DNA of 34,158 nucleotides from Geosiphon pyriformis uo1 (taxonomy: Eukaryota > Fungi > Glomeromycota): contig JAAOMT010000563.1 in assembly GCA_016748015.1 (NCBI GenBank), positions 540,625 to 574,782 of the forward strand, read 5' to 3'. This document shows, one piece after another, positions 9,897 through 23,499 of this stretch. The translations under genes were made by a program, and so were the position numbers. Within the stretch, counting starts at the first letter, position 1. The number at the start of each line of letters is the position of its first letter. A model generated the notes under the pieces. It was not told the origin of the DNA, ran no database searches, and worked only from the letters and a program-made list of their open reading frames with translations.

Positions 9897-12800
9897 CCAA
9901 AACTACAAAAAGTATTTGAAAGATTGTTAACCAATAAAAACTTATTGTCCAAAAAAATTTTCACTATCCCAACTAAAAAATTGTTTACTAGACTAACATA
10001 TAACTTGACAGAAAACTGCAAAGAATTCAAAAAAACCCAACCCAGAATCTGCAAGTCCAAGAATTTATGACTAAACAAATGCCCAAGAATGCCTACAGTA
10101 TTGAGAAAAGAGACTAGAGTAACCACCTTTGCTTCAGACTGTATTTGCTTAAAAGACCTCAAATCATACAAGAAAAGATGATATAAAGCCATATTCAAAA
10201 AAACACAGGGCAAACATGCTTTCAATTTGAAACCCTTTCTAATCATAATATCCCACATGCAACACACATTTAACAAAACAAAACTGAACTGAGTTTGATA
10301 ATTGATTATAGGCTGCAAGACAGCTGACACCAAATAAGAAAATTGTTTATCCATAATAGCCTTCCAAAGCACAATATTAACAAAAAAATGAACATTAGAA
10401 TGAGTCTTGGTAACACTTGGCTTGGATAAACCATTGATAGACAAAAAAATTTTCAAGTAACAATGAATATTATCTTTTTTAACAATCATGATTGACTGAC
10501 CACCAATATTTAAAAAAGCAATTCTAACACCCTAATTTATGGAAATAGCCACTGTTTTTTTACTGTTGATGTTCAAAGCATATTAAATGAAAGCCTGACA
10601 ATTCTCAACCCAAATAGTATCATCAACAAATGTGTTTGTCACAAAAAAAAAAGTTATTTTATCATTATTTTTGACTCTGTCTGTCTTTAAAACAAACTTA
10701 GTATCAATCCAGTACTCACACAAATGTTCATGTTTTTTAACTTCACACAAGAGAGGATTGTAAAAGATCCTCTACAAAAAAGATGAAAAGACTTCACCCT
10801 AATCCAACTTATCAAGCACCCTATAACTATTTGACAACCCAAAATCAGTTATCACTCTGTTAAATCTATTCTTATAAATACTACCAAAAAACCAGATGAA
10901 TTTCTTACACATTTTGATATATCACAAGCTGTTTTCTAAATGGTGCCATCCAACTGAATCATATGCTTTCTGCATATCTTGCAGAATTAACCAAATTTCT
11001 CTATTTTTTCAAGAGCATCTTCAACCACCAACCTGAAAGCAAATATAAGAGATTGTGTGGATATACCTCTCAACACTAAAAAATTATTACTCTGGAGGAC
11101 ATTAAACTTGCTGTATGCCAATGAAATACAATCAGACAAAATCTTAGATAAAATTTTCTTGGCAGTTTCAATCAAAACTATAAGACATGTATTTATAAAA
11201 ATTTTATTCTAATCATAAGATTTAGAGATCATCAAAACCCAAGTCCTCTTCCACAAAACAGACACACTACCAACAGTTAAACATGTGTTTAACAGCACCA
11301 AAAGGCATTCCAACACATTCTCACCACTATGCTTCCACAGTTTATTAGGAATGCCAGATAAGCCAGCAGCTTTATTATTAGGCAGACCACCAACAACCAA
11401 AAGCAATTTACTTATACTAATCATATTCATTACACCAAAAAAAACATCATCCTTAACATAGTCTAATAGTACTAGTGAGTTCAAAGATCAGGTAGCACCA
11501 GAGACATTATATGTTTCTTTGTTCAACCTTTCATGATTCTATCCACACCTGATTTTACTTTTTCTAGTTCCAAAACTAACTCATCATCCACCACCAAGTG
11601 ATCCAAAACCACCTTGTGAAAGGGTTATTTCAAAACACTGCAAATCATGCTATCTTTGTTGAAACAAAAATTTTCTATACACATTGTAATTGTCTTTCTA
11701 ATAAAAGTTTTTTTAGCTAACCTTGACTCATACATTTTAGACTTCTTGTATTCTTTACAAGCTAATAACAAATATTTGAGAACCACTACAGATTTCATTC
11801 CCAAATACACCAAATCAGTAAAATTGTAAGCCTTAGCATCATCTAAAATTGACCATATCTTTGCAAAATGATCAACCCCAAACATGTTGTCAGAGCTGAA
11901 TGTTCTAATAATTTTGGCAACCAACAATTCCAAACCAAAAAACTTAGAAGAATGTTTATTTTTTGAATACTGAAATTCACTAAACCAATGTCTTAAAAAT
12001 ATCTCATCAGCTAACTTCATTATTACTTCTTTTAAAATTGCCTACATATCATTCACATTACCACAGAACACAGCATCAGAGAATTTATCAACAATTATTA
12101 AAAGCTTGACAGAAGAACAGTCCCTAAATTCAGCCTATTTGGAGCAATTAGTATCTTTAATTTTAAACTTTCAATGATCTTTGTTAGCCTGTTTGTGCAA
12201 GCTATTCAAATAAACATCCAAGAGTTTATCCAAGCCAATCAAAATCATAACTGCATTGTGATCAGTGTTAAAGAAACTGGAAACAGAGCAGATCTGATAA
12301 TTAGTGACTGCAAATAATAAATTTTCACTAATAAAAATATGATCAATTGTTTTTTTAACTTTTCTAGAATTACTTTATGTGGAAGTCTTCACCAAATGAT
12401 AGATGGCAAATGAATTAACCAAACCCAAACCCAAACAGAACTTATAACTTGCACTTCTTCCAGACCTATTCTCATTAAAATCTCCACCCAAGACCACAAA
12501 AGTGCTAGAGTTAACAGCTTTTGCAATCAGAAAGTTCACTTCCAAAGCCTAATTAAATCTAGTTTTAGGAGAAGCATTAGTGTACAAATTCAGAATTATA
12601 ACTGAAAGCTTGCCTTTAAATAAAAGTTGTACTGAAATAATCTGACTAGAAATCTCTTCCACTTTAGACACATAATGAGCCAATAAATTGTTCATAATTA
12701 TGGCCACCCCAGTACCAAGAAATTTTTTGTTCAAACCAGATGTAAAAACACATACACTTTTAAACTTATTGGTGATCCATGGCTTAACACTAGACTGCAA

Positions 12801-12929
12801 TTTAGTTTCCATAACAAAAGACACAAAACTACCAAAATTCATATGTCAACAGATAATGTCCACTTGCTTTACAAAAATATTGATACCTTAGACATTGTAC
12901 ATAGCAAATTTCCACACCAGACTACTTAT
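9897..12929 (-). pseudogene. LINE ORF2 pseudogene (apurinic endonuclease + reverse transcriptase)
   Basis: APE: WKFAMYNV*GIN, METKL, LGGDFNE (~12493-12471), IDHIF, TDHNAV. RT: KAAGLSGIPNKLWK, LIETAKKILSKIL, LQDMQKAYDSVGW, FVDD at 10619-10630. Disrupted by stops. Confidence 0.95.
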
Positions 12930-14895
12930 TGGGACAAAAAATACAACAGAAAACCTGAACCAGAGCACAAGCAATCCAATCTAGCCAACACTGAACTGAT
13001 TGACATTTCCAAAGACACTATTTTTATCTTCAAGCCACTTATCTTATTGGTTAGCACCTTGGAGCTACTCAAACTGAACACATCATTATCAACAACAGAA
13101 AAAGAAAGAACTGGTGGCAATGGCATGCCATCCAAAGCCATATTTGATTTCAAATCTGAGGTTAAAGACTCAAAAGCAATAGGAGAGGGAGCAAGAACTG
13201 AGAGCACTAAAGATATTAATTCTACTAAGCTTAGCTTTTTCAAAATGTTAGAAACCTGATACACCGAAAGCTCCAAAGAGCACTTCAAAAATGCCAAATA
13301 ATTATTTAAACTAGAGATCTTAAAAGAGATAGAACCTAATGAAAAAGATTTTACACTTAAAAGTAAACCAGCACCAGAAATGACAAAATAAATCACATAA
13401 AAAGAAGGGCTACCAGCAACTTGGGCCCAAGTTTTTCCACCAAAAAAAACTGGACAAACAATTGGTGTTTGCTTTCTCTTATATATATTGGCCAAGCAAA
13501 CCTGATTTTGAAAAGTCACTACTTGCTTACCATACACACCAGAATTCTCACCCATTAAACACACATCAAAGATATGACCAAATTGTTTACATTTAGCACA
13601 ACAGGCCAAAAAAAGACCTGTTCAGCACAAATTCACATCTTTGAAAACTGGCAAAAAACCAATGGCAGTATTTTTTAACTCTTCATTACCAAAACAAATG
13701 ACAGCACTTTTATTACAAACATACAAAACTGGATTATGACCAATAAAACAAGTCTTTCTACTATATAAATTCAACAAATCTGACAAATCATGAGCAGTAG
13801 TATCAATTAAAAAAGTGTAGAGCAGAGCCTGATGCTGATCTCTATTTACTCATAAATTTTTGTCATTAACAGTTAGAGCCACCTGCACAGAATCTTTATT
13901 CATAAGAACTGACCATTTAGAAGCAACTGAACTGGCCATTTCTAAAGATTTAAACTCAATCAAGGCTTTTTGCTAAAGACCAATTAGCTGTAGTCTGATT
14001 GAATTGATTTTACCAAATTTAGAAAAGACCACTTCTACTGCCAATTTGGGAAGATCTACTGGAATCTCTTTGACAATTATTTTTTGATTGGTACAACCAG
14101 TTGTCTTTTTTATATTATCATTAATCAGAATTTTTTTGCAAATTGCCAAATTTTTTGCCTTACTCAAACTTAATTCAGATATAAAAAAGGATTTGATGAT
14201 CTCTGAAAATTTTGAAGGAGTAAAAGCTCTTCCAAAACCATTTACACAATAAAAAAATTTTTTAATAGAAATTAATTTATTACTTACAGTCTTACCAAAT
14301 ACTGCAAATAGCTCAATATTTAATGCAAATGATTTAACTGGTTTGAAGCTATGTTTTTCCAAGACATATGACTTGACAAATAGTAGCCAATTGGACCCAA
14401 CAAATTTAAGTACTAGAAGTACTAATTTGATATTATTATTACTTAAAATATTAAAAGAAAGCATTTTTGGTGGTTGTCTCAAGATATAAGTCTTTGTTCA
14501 TGTCTTCCTTAAAATTGTATTGTCTATCATATTATCCATATTTGAAGCATTGGAGTCAATATAGCTTGTTTCTTTAATTATTGTGTTTTTTAAGTTCTTA
14601 ATATCTGACACTTCATTTACGCTGGATTTGTTATTTTCAACCTTACTATCTCAAGATATCTTGCATTTTTTATCTTTAGTCTAGAAAACATTAACAGAAA
14701 TGAGACCAGCTAACAAATTTACTAAATCACTAGTACTTTAGAATTTTTAGTCTTTTTGTTTAAAGGACTATAAAAGTAAATACTTTCAATATACGCCTTT
14801 TTCTTAGTATTAAATTGGGTCCCCAACTCAGCTGAAACAGAACCAAAACCACTAGCAGAAGTGTTTACTAAGTCAATAGCAACAAAAAAAGACAT
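12926..14895 (-). pseudogene. LINE ORF1 (gag-like; RRM-like region and CCHC zinc knuckle)
   Basis: IIVKEIPVDLPKLAVEVVFSKFGKI (RRM-like) and CAKCKQFGHIFDVC (C-x2-C-x4-H-x4-C). C-terminal heptad-like LKIKIVSLEMSISSVLARLD. Candidate ATG at 14895. Confidence 0.85.
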
Positions 14896-14931
14896 ATTAA
14901 AAGAAATAACTGAAGGTAAAAAGGAAGAGAA

Positions 14932-15586
14932 NNNNNNNNNNNNNNNNNNNNNNNNNNNNNNNNNNNNNNNNNNNNNNNNNNNNNNNNNNNNNNNNNNNNN
15001 NNNNNNNNNNNNNNNNNNNNNNNNNNNNNNNNNNNNNNNNNNNNNNNNNNNNNNNNNNNNNNNNNNNNNNNNNNNNNNNNNNNNNNNNNNNNNNNNNNNN
15101 NNNNNNNNNNNNNNNNNNNNNNNNNNNNNNNNNNNNNNNNNNNNNNNNNNNNNNNNNNNNNNNNNNNNNNNNNNNNNNNNNNNNNNNNNNNNNNNNNNNN
15201 NNNNNNNNNNNNNNNNNNNNNNNNNNNNNNNNNNNNNNNNNNNNNNNNNNNNNNNNNNNNNNNNNNNNNNNNNNNNNNNNNNNNNNNNNNNNNNNNNNNN
15301 NNNNNNNNNNNNNNNNNNNNNNNNNNNNNNNNNNNNNNNNNNNNNNNNNNNNNNNNNNNNNNNNNNNNNNNNNNNNNNNNNNNNNNNNNNNNNNNNNNNN
15401 NNNNNNNNNNNNNNNNNNNNNNNNNNNNNNNNNNNNNNNNNNNNNNNNNNNNNNNNNNNNNNNNNNNNNNNNNNNNNNNNNNNNNNNNNNNNNNNNNNNN
15501 NNNNNNNNNNNNNNNNNNNNNNNNNNNNNNNNNNNNNNNNNNNNNNNNNNNNNNNNNNNNNNNNNNNNNNNNNNNNNNNNNNNNNN
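14932..15586. other. Assembly gap (655 N)
   Basis: Run of N. Confidence 1.
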
Positions 15587-17515
15587 TAATAAAAATAGAT
15601 AAAAATACAAAATAACTAATATTAATAAGAGAATATAAAAAAAAATTAACAATTTATTTTTGAATATATTGTAAATTATAAATAGTTTTAAGACTAATAA
15701 AAAATTTTTGATAAAATTTTATTTAATATAACAAATATAATATTGTCTAAAACATAATAAAAAATATTAAAAATATTTTTTAAATTTTACAAGTTAAAAT
15801 TATTTGTTTTTATAATTTTAAAAATATTTAAGTTGAATAATTTAAAAGAGTTTAGAATCTTAATAAATAAGTAAAATAAACTTGATTCAAATTAGGTTAT
15901 AAGTTTTTAAAAATATTTAAATATTAGGTCTAATAATTGTAAGATTAAACAAATTTTGATTTAGTTTAGAAAACTTTAAAATATTATAAAATATGTAAAT
16001 TTAAAGCTATAAAGAATTTGTACATAAAAAATATTATTACTAAATATATAAATACTTTTGCTAATAATAAGAACACTATAATTAAAAATGTATTAAAATA
16101 ATTTTTTAAAAAGATTATTTTAAATTATTTAATTAATAATAATAAGCTGATTTTAGAATTTGCTAAAATTATGAACAAAATAGATTTAATTATAGAATAT
16201 TAGACCAAAAAGTGATTTGTTAAAAATTTAATCATTTTTTATTAGCAAAATCAATTTGTTTTTTTAAATTATATTAATAACAATATATTTTCTGATAATA
16301 TAAAATAAATTGGTTTTGATGAAAAATTATTAATTATAAAAAATTTTTTTAAAAAAAAGACTACAAGTTTTTTTAAAATTACTAATAAGATGTAAAAAAA
16401 ATTGTAATAAATTTGTTTTAGTGTAATTTTTAAATATGTGTTTATTAAAAAAAAAGTTTTTAATACATAACAAAAAACATAGATTTCTATAATTCTAAAA
16501 CTATATAAATAGAAAAACATTTTAATAAATACTAAGCTAATTGTTTTTAATTGAAATTACTAAAAAATTTTGTAAAGATTTTTTTTAATTAGATTTTTGT
16601 AGTTTGTAACAAGTTTGAGATTCTTAGAAAAACCAATTTTTTAATATTAAAAAACATATTAATTCAATTTTTTGTGTTTATAATTAATTTTGTTATTAAG
16701 AATATATTGGAAAAAAACAGAAAAATTTGGTTAGTTTTTTTAAATTTTTTTTGGTTTTTAGTTAAATTTAAAATTAACTTTATAAACAAAACATCACAAA
16801 AATATTTTTAAACAATAAAATTTTTTTGGTTGTTAGTATGTCTAATACTTTTTGTTATATATTTTAAAATTATTAAATCTCTTAAATATTTTGGTATTGT
16901 TTTTGTTAATTAATTTTTAAATAATTATAATTTGTATTTTAAATAAAAAAATTTTTAGTGTTGAAAATACATGAATTTAAAAGACTTAATTTTTTTTATA
17001 GTTTATTCATATTTCGAATTTTATTATAAAAAAAGTTTAAATTAAAAATTTTTATTATTTTTTGAAAAACTGTTCAATATATATGTATTAGATATTAGTG
17101 CTATAGTTTTTGTTTACAAGCTGTTTTTTATATAATATTTCAATTTTTATTGATAAATTTGTTAAAAACTTAGATATATTTGTTACTATTAGTAATATTA
17201 TTGCTTATTTTTTTAATATTAATTTAAATATAAATATTAACATTTATAATTTGCTTTCTTTAACTTTGATTAAGATGCAAATTATTGTTTTAACACTAAA
17301 ATATATTCTATTATTATCTATTATTGCAATTTTTTTAGATAATTAAGAGGTTTTGAATATTTGTAAATTTGTATTGTTATTAAAAGTTTTTGATTTTTAC
17401 AACTATTTTTAAATTAAATACTATTGTATTAAAAAATTTAAATAAATTAAAAAACATTTTTGTAAAATAAATAAAAATCAAAGATTATTTTAAAGTTTTA
17501 AGCAAAAAGTAAATT
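15587..17515 (+). mobile_element. Old, hypermutated LINE ORF2 fragment on the plus strand (RT N-terminus, RT core deleted, RNase H remnant)
   Basis: KKTTSFFKITNKM*K (= KAAGLSGIPNELWK, ~16350-16400), LIEITKK (~16548-16568), NILEKNRKIWLV (~16701-16736). Reverse complement aligns to ~21160-21340 and to ~22840-23128 + 27696-28200. Confidence 0.8.
17110..17400 (+). pseudogene. RNase H-like domain remnant of LINE ORF2
   Basis: ISIFIDKFVKNLD...IIAYF...LSLTLIKMQIIVLTLK...IAIFLDN is consistent with the RNase HI pattern VYTDGS...AAAYF...SSTLAELQAIALAL...VFSDS after C>T/G>A changes. Confidence 0.55.
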
Positions 17516-18809
17516 AATATATTAACAAATTATATTATATTATTGAAACTTATTTTTTTAATATATATTAATAATATGTAATAAATAATCAGATAATATT
17601 AGGCAAAATATATTACTTTGTTAAATTATTAAGTAATACATTAGATATTTTTTATAAAAAACTAGTTTGAATATAAAGATAATAACTTTTTTGTTTATTA
17701 GTAATATTAATTAACATTTTATTATTTTATTTTGGTATTTTAACTTTTATATAATTATAAGTAAATTTATTATTAATTTACAAATTTACATAATAAAAAC
17801 TTTATACAAAAAATTACTAATTGCTATTTAAAAATAATTATATAATAATAAATATTTTAATATATTATATATATATTATAAAAAACTAAAGTTTTCAAAT
17901 TATGTTTTTATCTATAACTTAAATTTATTTGTTTGTTATAAGTTATTAAGTAAATTGTCTTTTCATTAAAGTTTTCAATTAATATAAATTTAGTATTATT
18001 AGCAATACTTTAAATATTGGTTTTGTGTTTTTTTAATATTAATTATAGATAGTTTTGTGTAAAAAGTTTGTTTTTAATAAATAGTTAATAAAAACTTAGA
18101 TAGTTTTTATACTGCTAAAAATACTATATTAAAACTAATTAATTGTATATATAGTTTAATTATTAGATATAAAGATTATATATAATTATTTATTTTAAAG
18201 CTATAAATAGAAATAAAATATAAAAATTTGCTTAATAATAATAATAATATAGTATATATTAATATTGTAAACTTTCTAACTACAATGTTTTATAGTATTG
18301 TATATTTGCTAAAAATAATTAAAAAACATATTATTAATTTGAATTAATTATTAATTATGTGTTTTTTAATTTAATTGTTTAACAATAATAAAATTTATAA
18401 TATAAATTTAAGTTTATATTTACAATATTTGTTTTTTTTAATCTTAATAATAATGTTATAATTAATATAAATACATAGTATAATTTTAATTGATTTAAAT
18501 AATTTGTTATATATAATAAATATATAAATTATATTTAATTTAAAATATTTAATATATTGTTTTATATTAAATAATAATTATATTTTATTTATTAAATAAT
18601 TATAAAAATATTATAAAAATAATAGTTTTTTATTTTAAATATTTATATCAAAAAAACAAGTTTAAATATATATAAATTTTATTATTAATTTTGTTTTAAC
18701 TTTTTTGATAGTTTTTATTTTTGGTTATTTAATAAATAAATAATTATTATTATAATATATTATTTGGTTTTTTTAATATATTTTAAACTTTTTTTATATA
18801 TTTAAATTA
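17516..18809 (-). mobile_element. Extremely AT-rich decayed sequence, probably another LINE ORF2 3' region
   Basis: Only faint motif echoes (e.g. IIFISNN*T near 18170). Too degraded to assign firmly. Confidence 0.3.
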
Positions 18810-19287
18810 TTTTTATTTTTATTAATAAATAGAAATTATTTATTATCTAATACAATATAACCATTTAGAATTCTAAATTAAAAGTAAATTACATGTTTAT
18901 TATATGTAATCAATTTTTTGGCTGATTAAAAGAATATTATAAAACTATAATAACAAATATATTAATTTTAATATTAATAAAAAACATATAACAAATCCTT
19001 AATTTAAAACTAATAACATGTTTTTTTAACAAATACATAATATTATAAGACATTATAGCTAACAAATCTACAATATTAATATATATTATAATATTATTAT
19101 TTAGCAAAATTTTATGTTTTATTTTTATTTATAATCTTAAATTAAATAATCACATACAATTTTCATAATTAATAACCAAATTACATATAAATTTAACTAA
19201 TTTTGATGTAATATTCTTGGTATTATTAAAAGCTATTTTAGTTTTTACTAACTAAATATTAAAAATAAAATTTTTACACAAAATAAT

Positions 19288-20211
19288 TTTATTATTATTA
19301 TTTAATAAGTAAGATCCAAACACTGCTTAGAGCTATATATCAAAGAAATGATCTAAACTAGGTGTGAATTATATACTCTTTACATATGACCAACCATTCA
19401 GGCTGATCAAAACAATACTATGCATTTATATAAACTAAAACAGAGTTACTAATGCCAGAAAAAAATAAACAAGACTTATGAAGACCAAAACTAATGCCAA
19501 ATGCTTTAGCAATGCCAAACAACTTAATCATACCAGCCAAGAACCCCAAAACCAAACCAGAAACTGAGACAAAAGCTGAACCATCAAGTGGAATCAGTCC
19601 ATACTTTTTTATGTAGACATGATATTTAGCATGAATCAATTAAATATTATTCTTAAAAGTAAGATAAAAAGAATGCACAAACTTTACAATCCTTAAACTA
19701 GTAATTTTGGGATTATGAAAAACAGAGATAGTCTTCTGAAGCCATTTATCAAAAACAAAACTCTTATAAAGAGCTGTGAAAACAGAAACATCAGAAACAC
19801 AGGATAACAAAAGCTGTAATACATATGATGAAAAAGGAAAAAAACCAAAAAGCACCTTTCAGAAAGCTGTATAGGCATCCAATATCTGACAATAAGCAGA
19901 GCTGTCAACCTCATAAAAAAAAGCATAATCAGACATCTCCATATCACCACAATATAAACATAAAACACTAGAATAAAGTCTGTTATAAACATGCTTTCAG
20001 ACAGCAATAAACAGCTAATGATGTAAAGCTTTCATGAAATAAGTGTGTGTATCAACTGAATATTTATTAATAAAACTAGTAGCCATATGCAAGTTGCCAA
20101 ACCAATAAGGAGCTGAACCAATCAATATTTAAAAGCAGGCTATTTGCCAAAAACTTAGAACCAGAACTAACCTTCTAATATGTATGACAAATAAAATAAA
20201 AAATGTTACAA
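19288..20211 (-). mobile_element. Younger 5'-truncated LINE insertion (ORF2 C-terminus, 3' UTR, (TAA)n tail), 12-bp TSD ACACAAAATAAT
   Basis: TSD at 19276-19287 and 20212-20223. TYFMKALHH, CLYCGDMEMSDY (C-terminal Zn-finger remnant). Stop at 19418. Plus-strand ttattattatt tail at ~19289-19302. Higher GC than flanks. Confidence 0.88.
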
Positions 20212-22464
20212 ACACAAAATAATATACAAATTAATATTAAAGTAACTTAAGATTAATAATTAAAATATTAATAATAATATTAATTTTATATTAATTAAAA
20301 ATTTCTAAAAAAAAATTATTTATTTAACAATTTTTGATAAATAAACAAATTCAAGTTATTAATAAAAACATAATCTAAAAACTCTATTTTTTTACAATAT
20401 ATATATAATACACTTAAATATTTATTATTATATAATTATTTTTAAATAACTATTGATTATTTTTTGTATAAAGTTTTTATTACATAAATTTGTAAATCAA
20501 TAATAGATTTACTTATGGTTTTAGTAGTCATATAAAAATTAATATATCAAATTAAAGTAGTAAAATACTAATTGATATTATCAACAAATAAAAAAATTAA
20601 TATTTTTTAAACCTAATTCAGTTTCTTATAAAAAATACTTAACTGTATTATTTGCTAATTTAATAAAATAATATGTATTGTCAAAAACTATCTAATTAAC
20701 TGCTATTAAGAATGTTTTATTAACATTTATTGAAAAAACAAGTTTTAATAACATAATTTAATCTATTAATATATTAGTTTATTTATTATATAAAATACTA
20801 AAATAATCTTTAACTTTAACTTATTTTACAGAAATATTTTTAAATTAACCAAGTTTTTAATATGATAACATTTAATTCAAAAACAATTTTAAAAATTAAA
20901 AATATTTAATAATAATTTAGTCTTATAAAAATTTAAAAACCCTTAATTATTTGAAAAAATTATGATAAAACATATTTAAATACCAAAACAATATTTTATA
21001 TTTTAGTTAAAGTTAAAAACAATAAACCATAGATTTTAATACTTATACTTAAATTAACATCAAAAAAATAAATAGTAGTATTATTAATAACAATAAATAT
21101 GTTAAAGTTTTTAACAAAACTATTTATAATAGAAAATTTTAAAAAAATAAAAAGTTTTTAACCAATTCATTATTTATAATAAAATTCAAAATACAAATAA
21201 ACCATAAAAAAACCAAGTTTTTTAAATTTATGTATTTTAATAACAAAAAATTTTTTAATTAAAACACTGTTTATAACTGTTTAATAATTGATTAACAAAA
21301 ACAATACTAAAATATTTAAAAAATCTAATAATTTTAAAATATTTTAAAAATTTTAACACATTCAAGATAAAAATATTTTGTTTAAAGTAAAAGCTATTAA
21401 GCATATTAATTGTTTGTAAAGTTAATTTTAAATTTAACTAAAAATTGTGAAAAATTTTAAAAGACTTAATTCAATATTTACAAATCCAATAATTTATGTC
21501 TAAAAAATCGATTAAAAATGCTTTTAATATTAGTAAAACATATAATTAAAACAATTTTATTTTTGATTTAAACTTAATTAAATAGTTTTAGGTTATATAA
21601 TAAAAGATGATAAACAGTTTTACTTAGAAAGTTTTTAAACAAATTAGATTTATATTTTAATATCTTTTTAATTAAATAATTTTATTTTTATACATGTTTT
21701 ATTGACAAAACTGAACTGAATTTTGTAATTAATAATAGGTTGTAATATAGTCAAAACCAAATAAAAAAACTATTTATCAAAAATAACTTTATATAATATT
21801 ATAGAAAAAAATTTTATGTTTGTATTAGTTTTTTTTAGACTAAAAATAAAAAGATTTTTTGTTAAAAAAAAAATATCTAAATATTAATAAGCTTTATTAA
21901 ATTTCACAATTATAATAAAAATTTTACTTATATATAAAAAAACTTTTTTAATTCTTAAATTAATTAAAAAAGTTATTATTTTATTTATGTTAATTAAGAT
22001 GTTTATAACATCAAAAAATTTATTAATTATATTTAAAATTTTTTGTATAGTCATATAATAGTTATTAATTTAGATTGTATTATTAATAAAAACACTAACA
22101 GTTAAATAAAACATTAATTTTATATTAAATTTAATTCTATTAGTTTTTATAACAAATTTAGAATCTACTTAATACTTATAAAGTATTTTATGTTTTTTAT
22201 TTTACACCAAAAAAAGTCATAAAAAATTTTCCAAAAAGAGCAAAAATATTTTATTTTAATTTAAATTATAACTTATTATTAATATAAAATTTATTATAAT
22301 TTTATTTGTATAAATATTGTAAATATGCCCAAAAAATTTAATAAATTTGTTACATATTTTAATTTTTTTTAAGCTATTTTTTAAATGTGATTAGTTTACA
22401 ATTTATAAGCTTTGTATATATCTTAAAAAATCAACTATATTTTTTAAAAAATCTGCAGCTTTTT

Positions 22465-23127
22465 TTTAAAAAAACTTTTTACAACCAATAAAAACTTCTT
22501 AAGATAAATTTATTTTATAATTTTAGTTATTAATATAATCCAAAAAAGCAAATAGCTTTATTATTGAAAAAAATTATATTTTTAACAATCTATTTTTTGG
22601 TTTAACTTTTTATAATTAAATTTATTCTGTTTTTAATTTTAATAAATTCTAAAATTAGTTTATTATTGTTAACTAATAATTCAAAACAACTTTCTTAAAA
22701 AGCTATTTTAATACACTTTTAATTATAAAGTTTTTATTATTAACAAAAGTATTTATATGTTTTTCTAAGCATTAAAAATTTAAAAACCAAACTAAAACAA
22801 ATTTGCTATAATGTTTTCATATTTTATTGGGAATTTTTAAAAAACTTTTTACAACCAATAAAAACTTATAGAGATAAATTTATTTTATAATTTTAGTTAT
22901 TAATATAATCCAAAAAAGCAAATAGCTTTATCATTGAAAAAATTATATTTTTAACAATCTATTTTTTGGTTTAACTTTTTATAATTAAATTTATTCTGTT
23001 TTTAATTTTAATAAATTCTAAAATTAGTTTATTATTGTTAACTAATAATTCAAAACAACTTTCTTAAAAAGCTATTTTAATACACTTTTAATTATAAAGT
23101 TTTTATTATTAACAAAATATTTATATG
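22465..23127. repeat. Near-identical ~290-bp direct duplication (22465-22759 / 22835-23127)
   Basis: Only a handful of differences seen by eye between the copies. ~75-bp LINE-derived spacer. Confidence 0.92.
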
Positions 23128-23128
23128 C

Positions 23129-23468
23129 TGTTACAGTAATTATTTGGGATGTTAGAACAAATAACAAATCTGTAACTTAATGCTCAATAACTGAAAATAT
23201 TGCTAATTTCTAAAAATTTTGAAGTTTAAAAGTTTTGATTGAGTTTTTTATATAATAGACAAAAATTTAATTGATGATTTCTTTTATGACTTTTTTTTTC
23301 AATATGGTAGTCAGTTTATTTTAACAGTTGTGTTCTTTTAATAAACTATCTTTAATTTTCTATTCTTGTTCTCAAGTTTTTTACCAGACTATCCTTGATG
23401 TTAAATACTTAGTGCTTAATTTTTTAATCAATTAGTAAACAACAAAAAAATAAAATAAAAAAAAATAA

Positions 23469-23499
<31 letters not shown>

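Larger units (their letters stand above)
9897..14931 (-). mobile_element. Non-LTR retrotransposon (LINE, APE-RT type), relatively young copy; 3' part missing, 5' end runs into the gap
   Basis: ORF1 and ORF2 motifs listed in the next two features. Visibly higher GC than its flanks. Confidence 0.95.

Noticed and set aside
9852-13259. Plus-strand ORFs 9852-10070, 11647-11829, 12688-12891 and 12843-13259
   Set aside because: Antisense to LINE ORF1/ORF2 with no independent motifs.
14861-15652. 242-aa and 251-aa ORFs in the ORF track
   Set aside because: Artefacts of translating through the N gap.
15587-23128. Organellar or endosymbiont DNA suggested by extreme AT content
   Set aside because: Aligns to the LINE copy in this window. 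No rRNA, tRNA or respiratory gene motifs.
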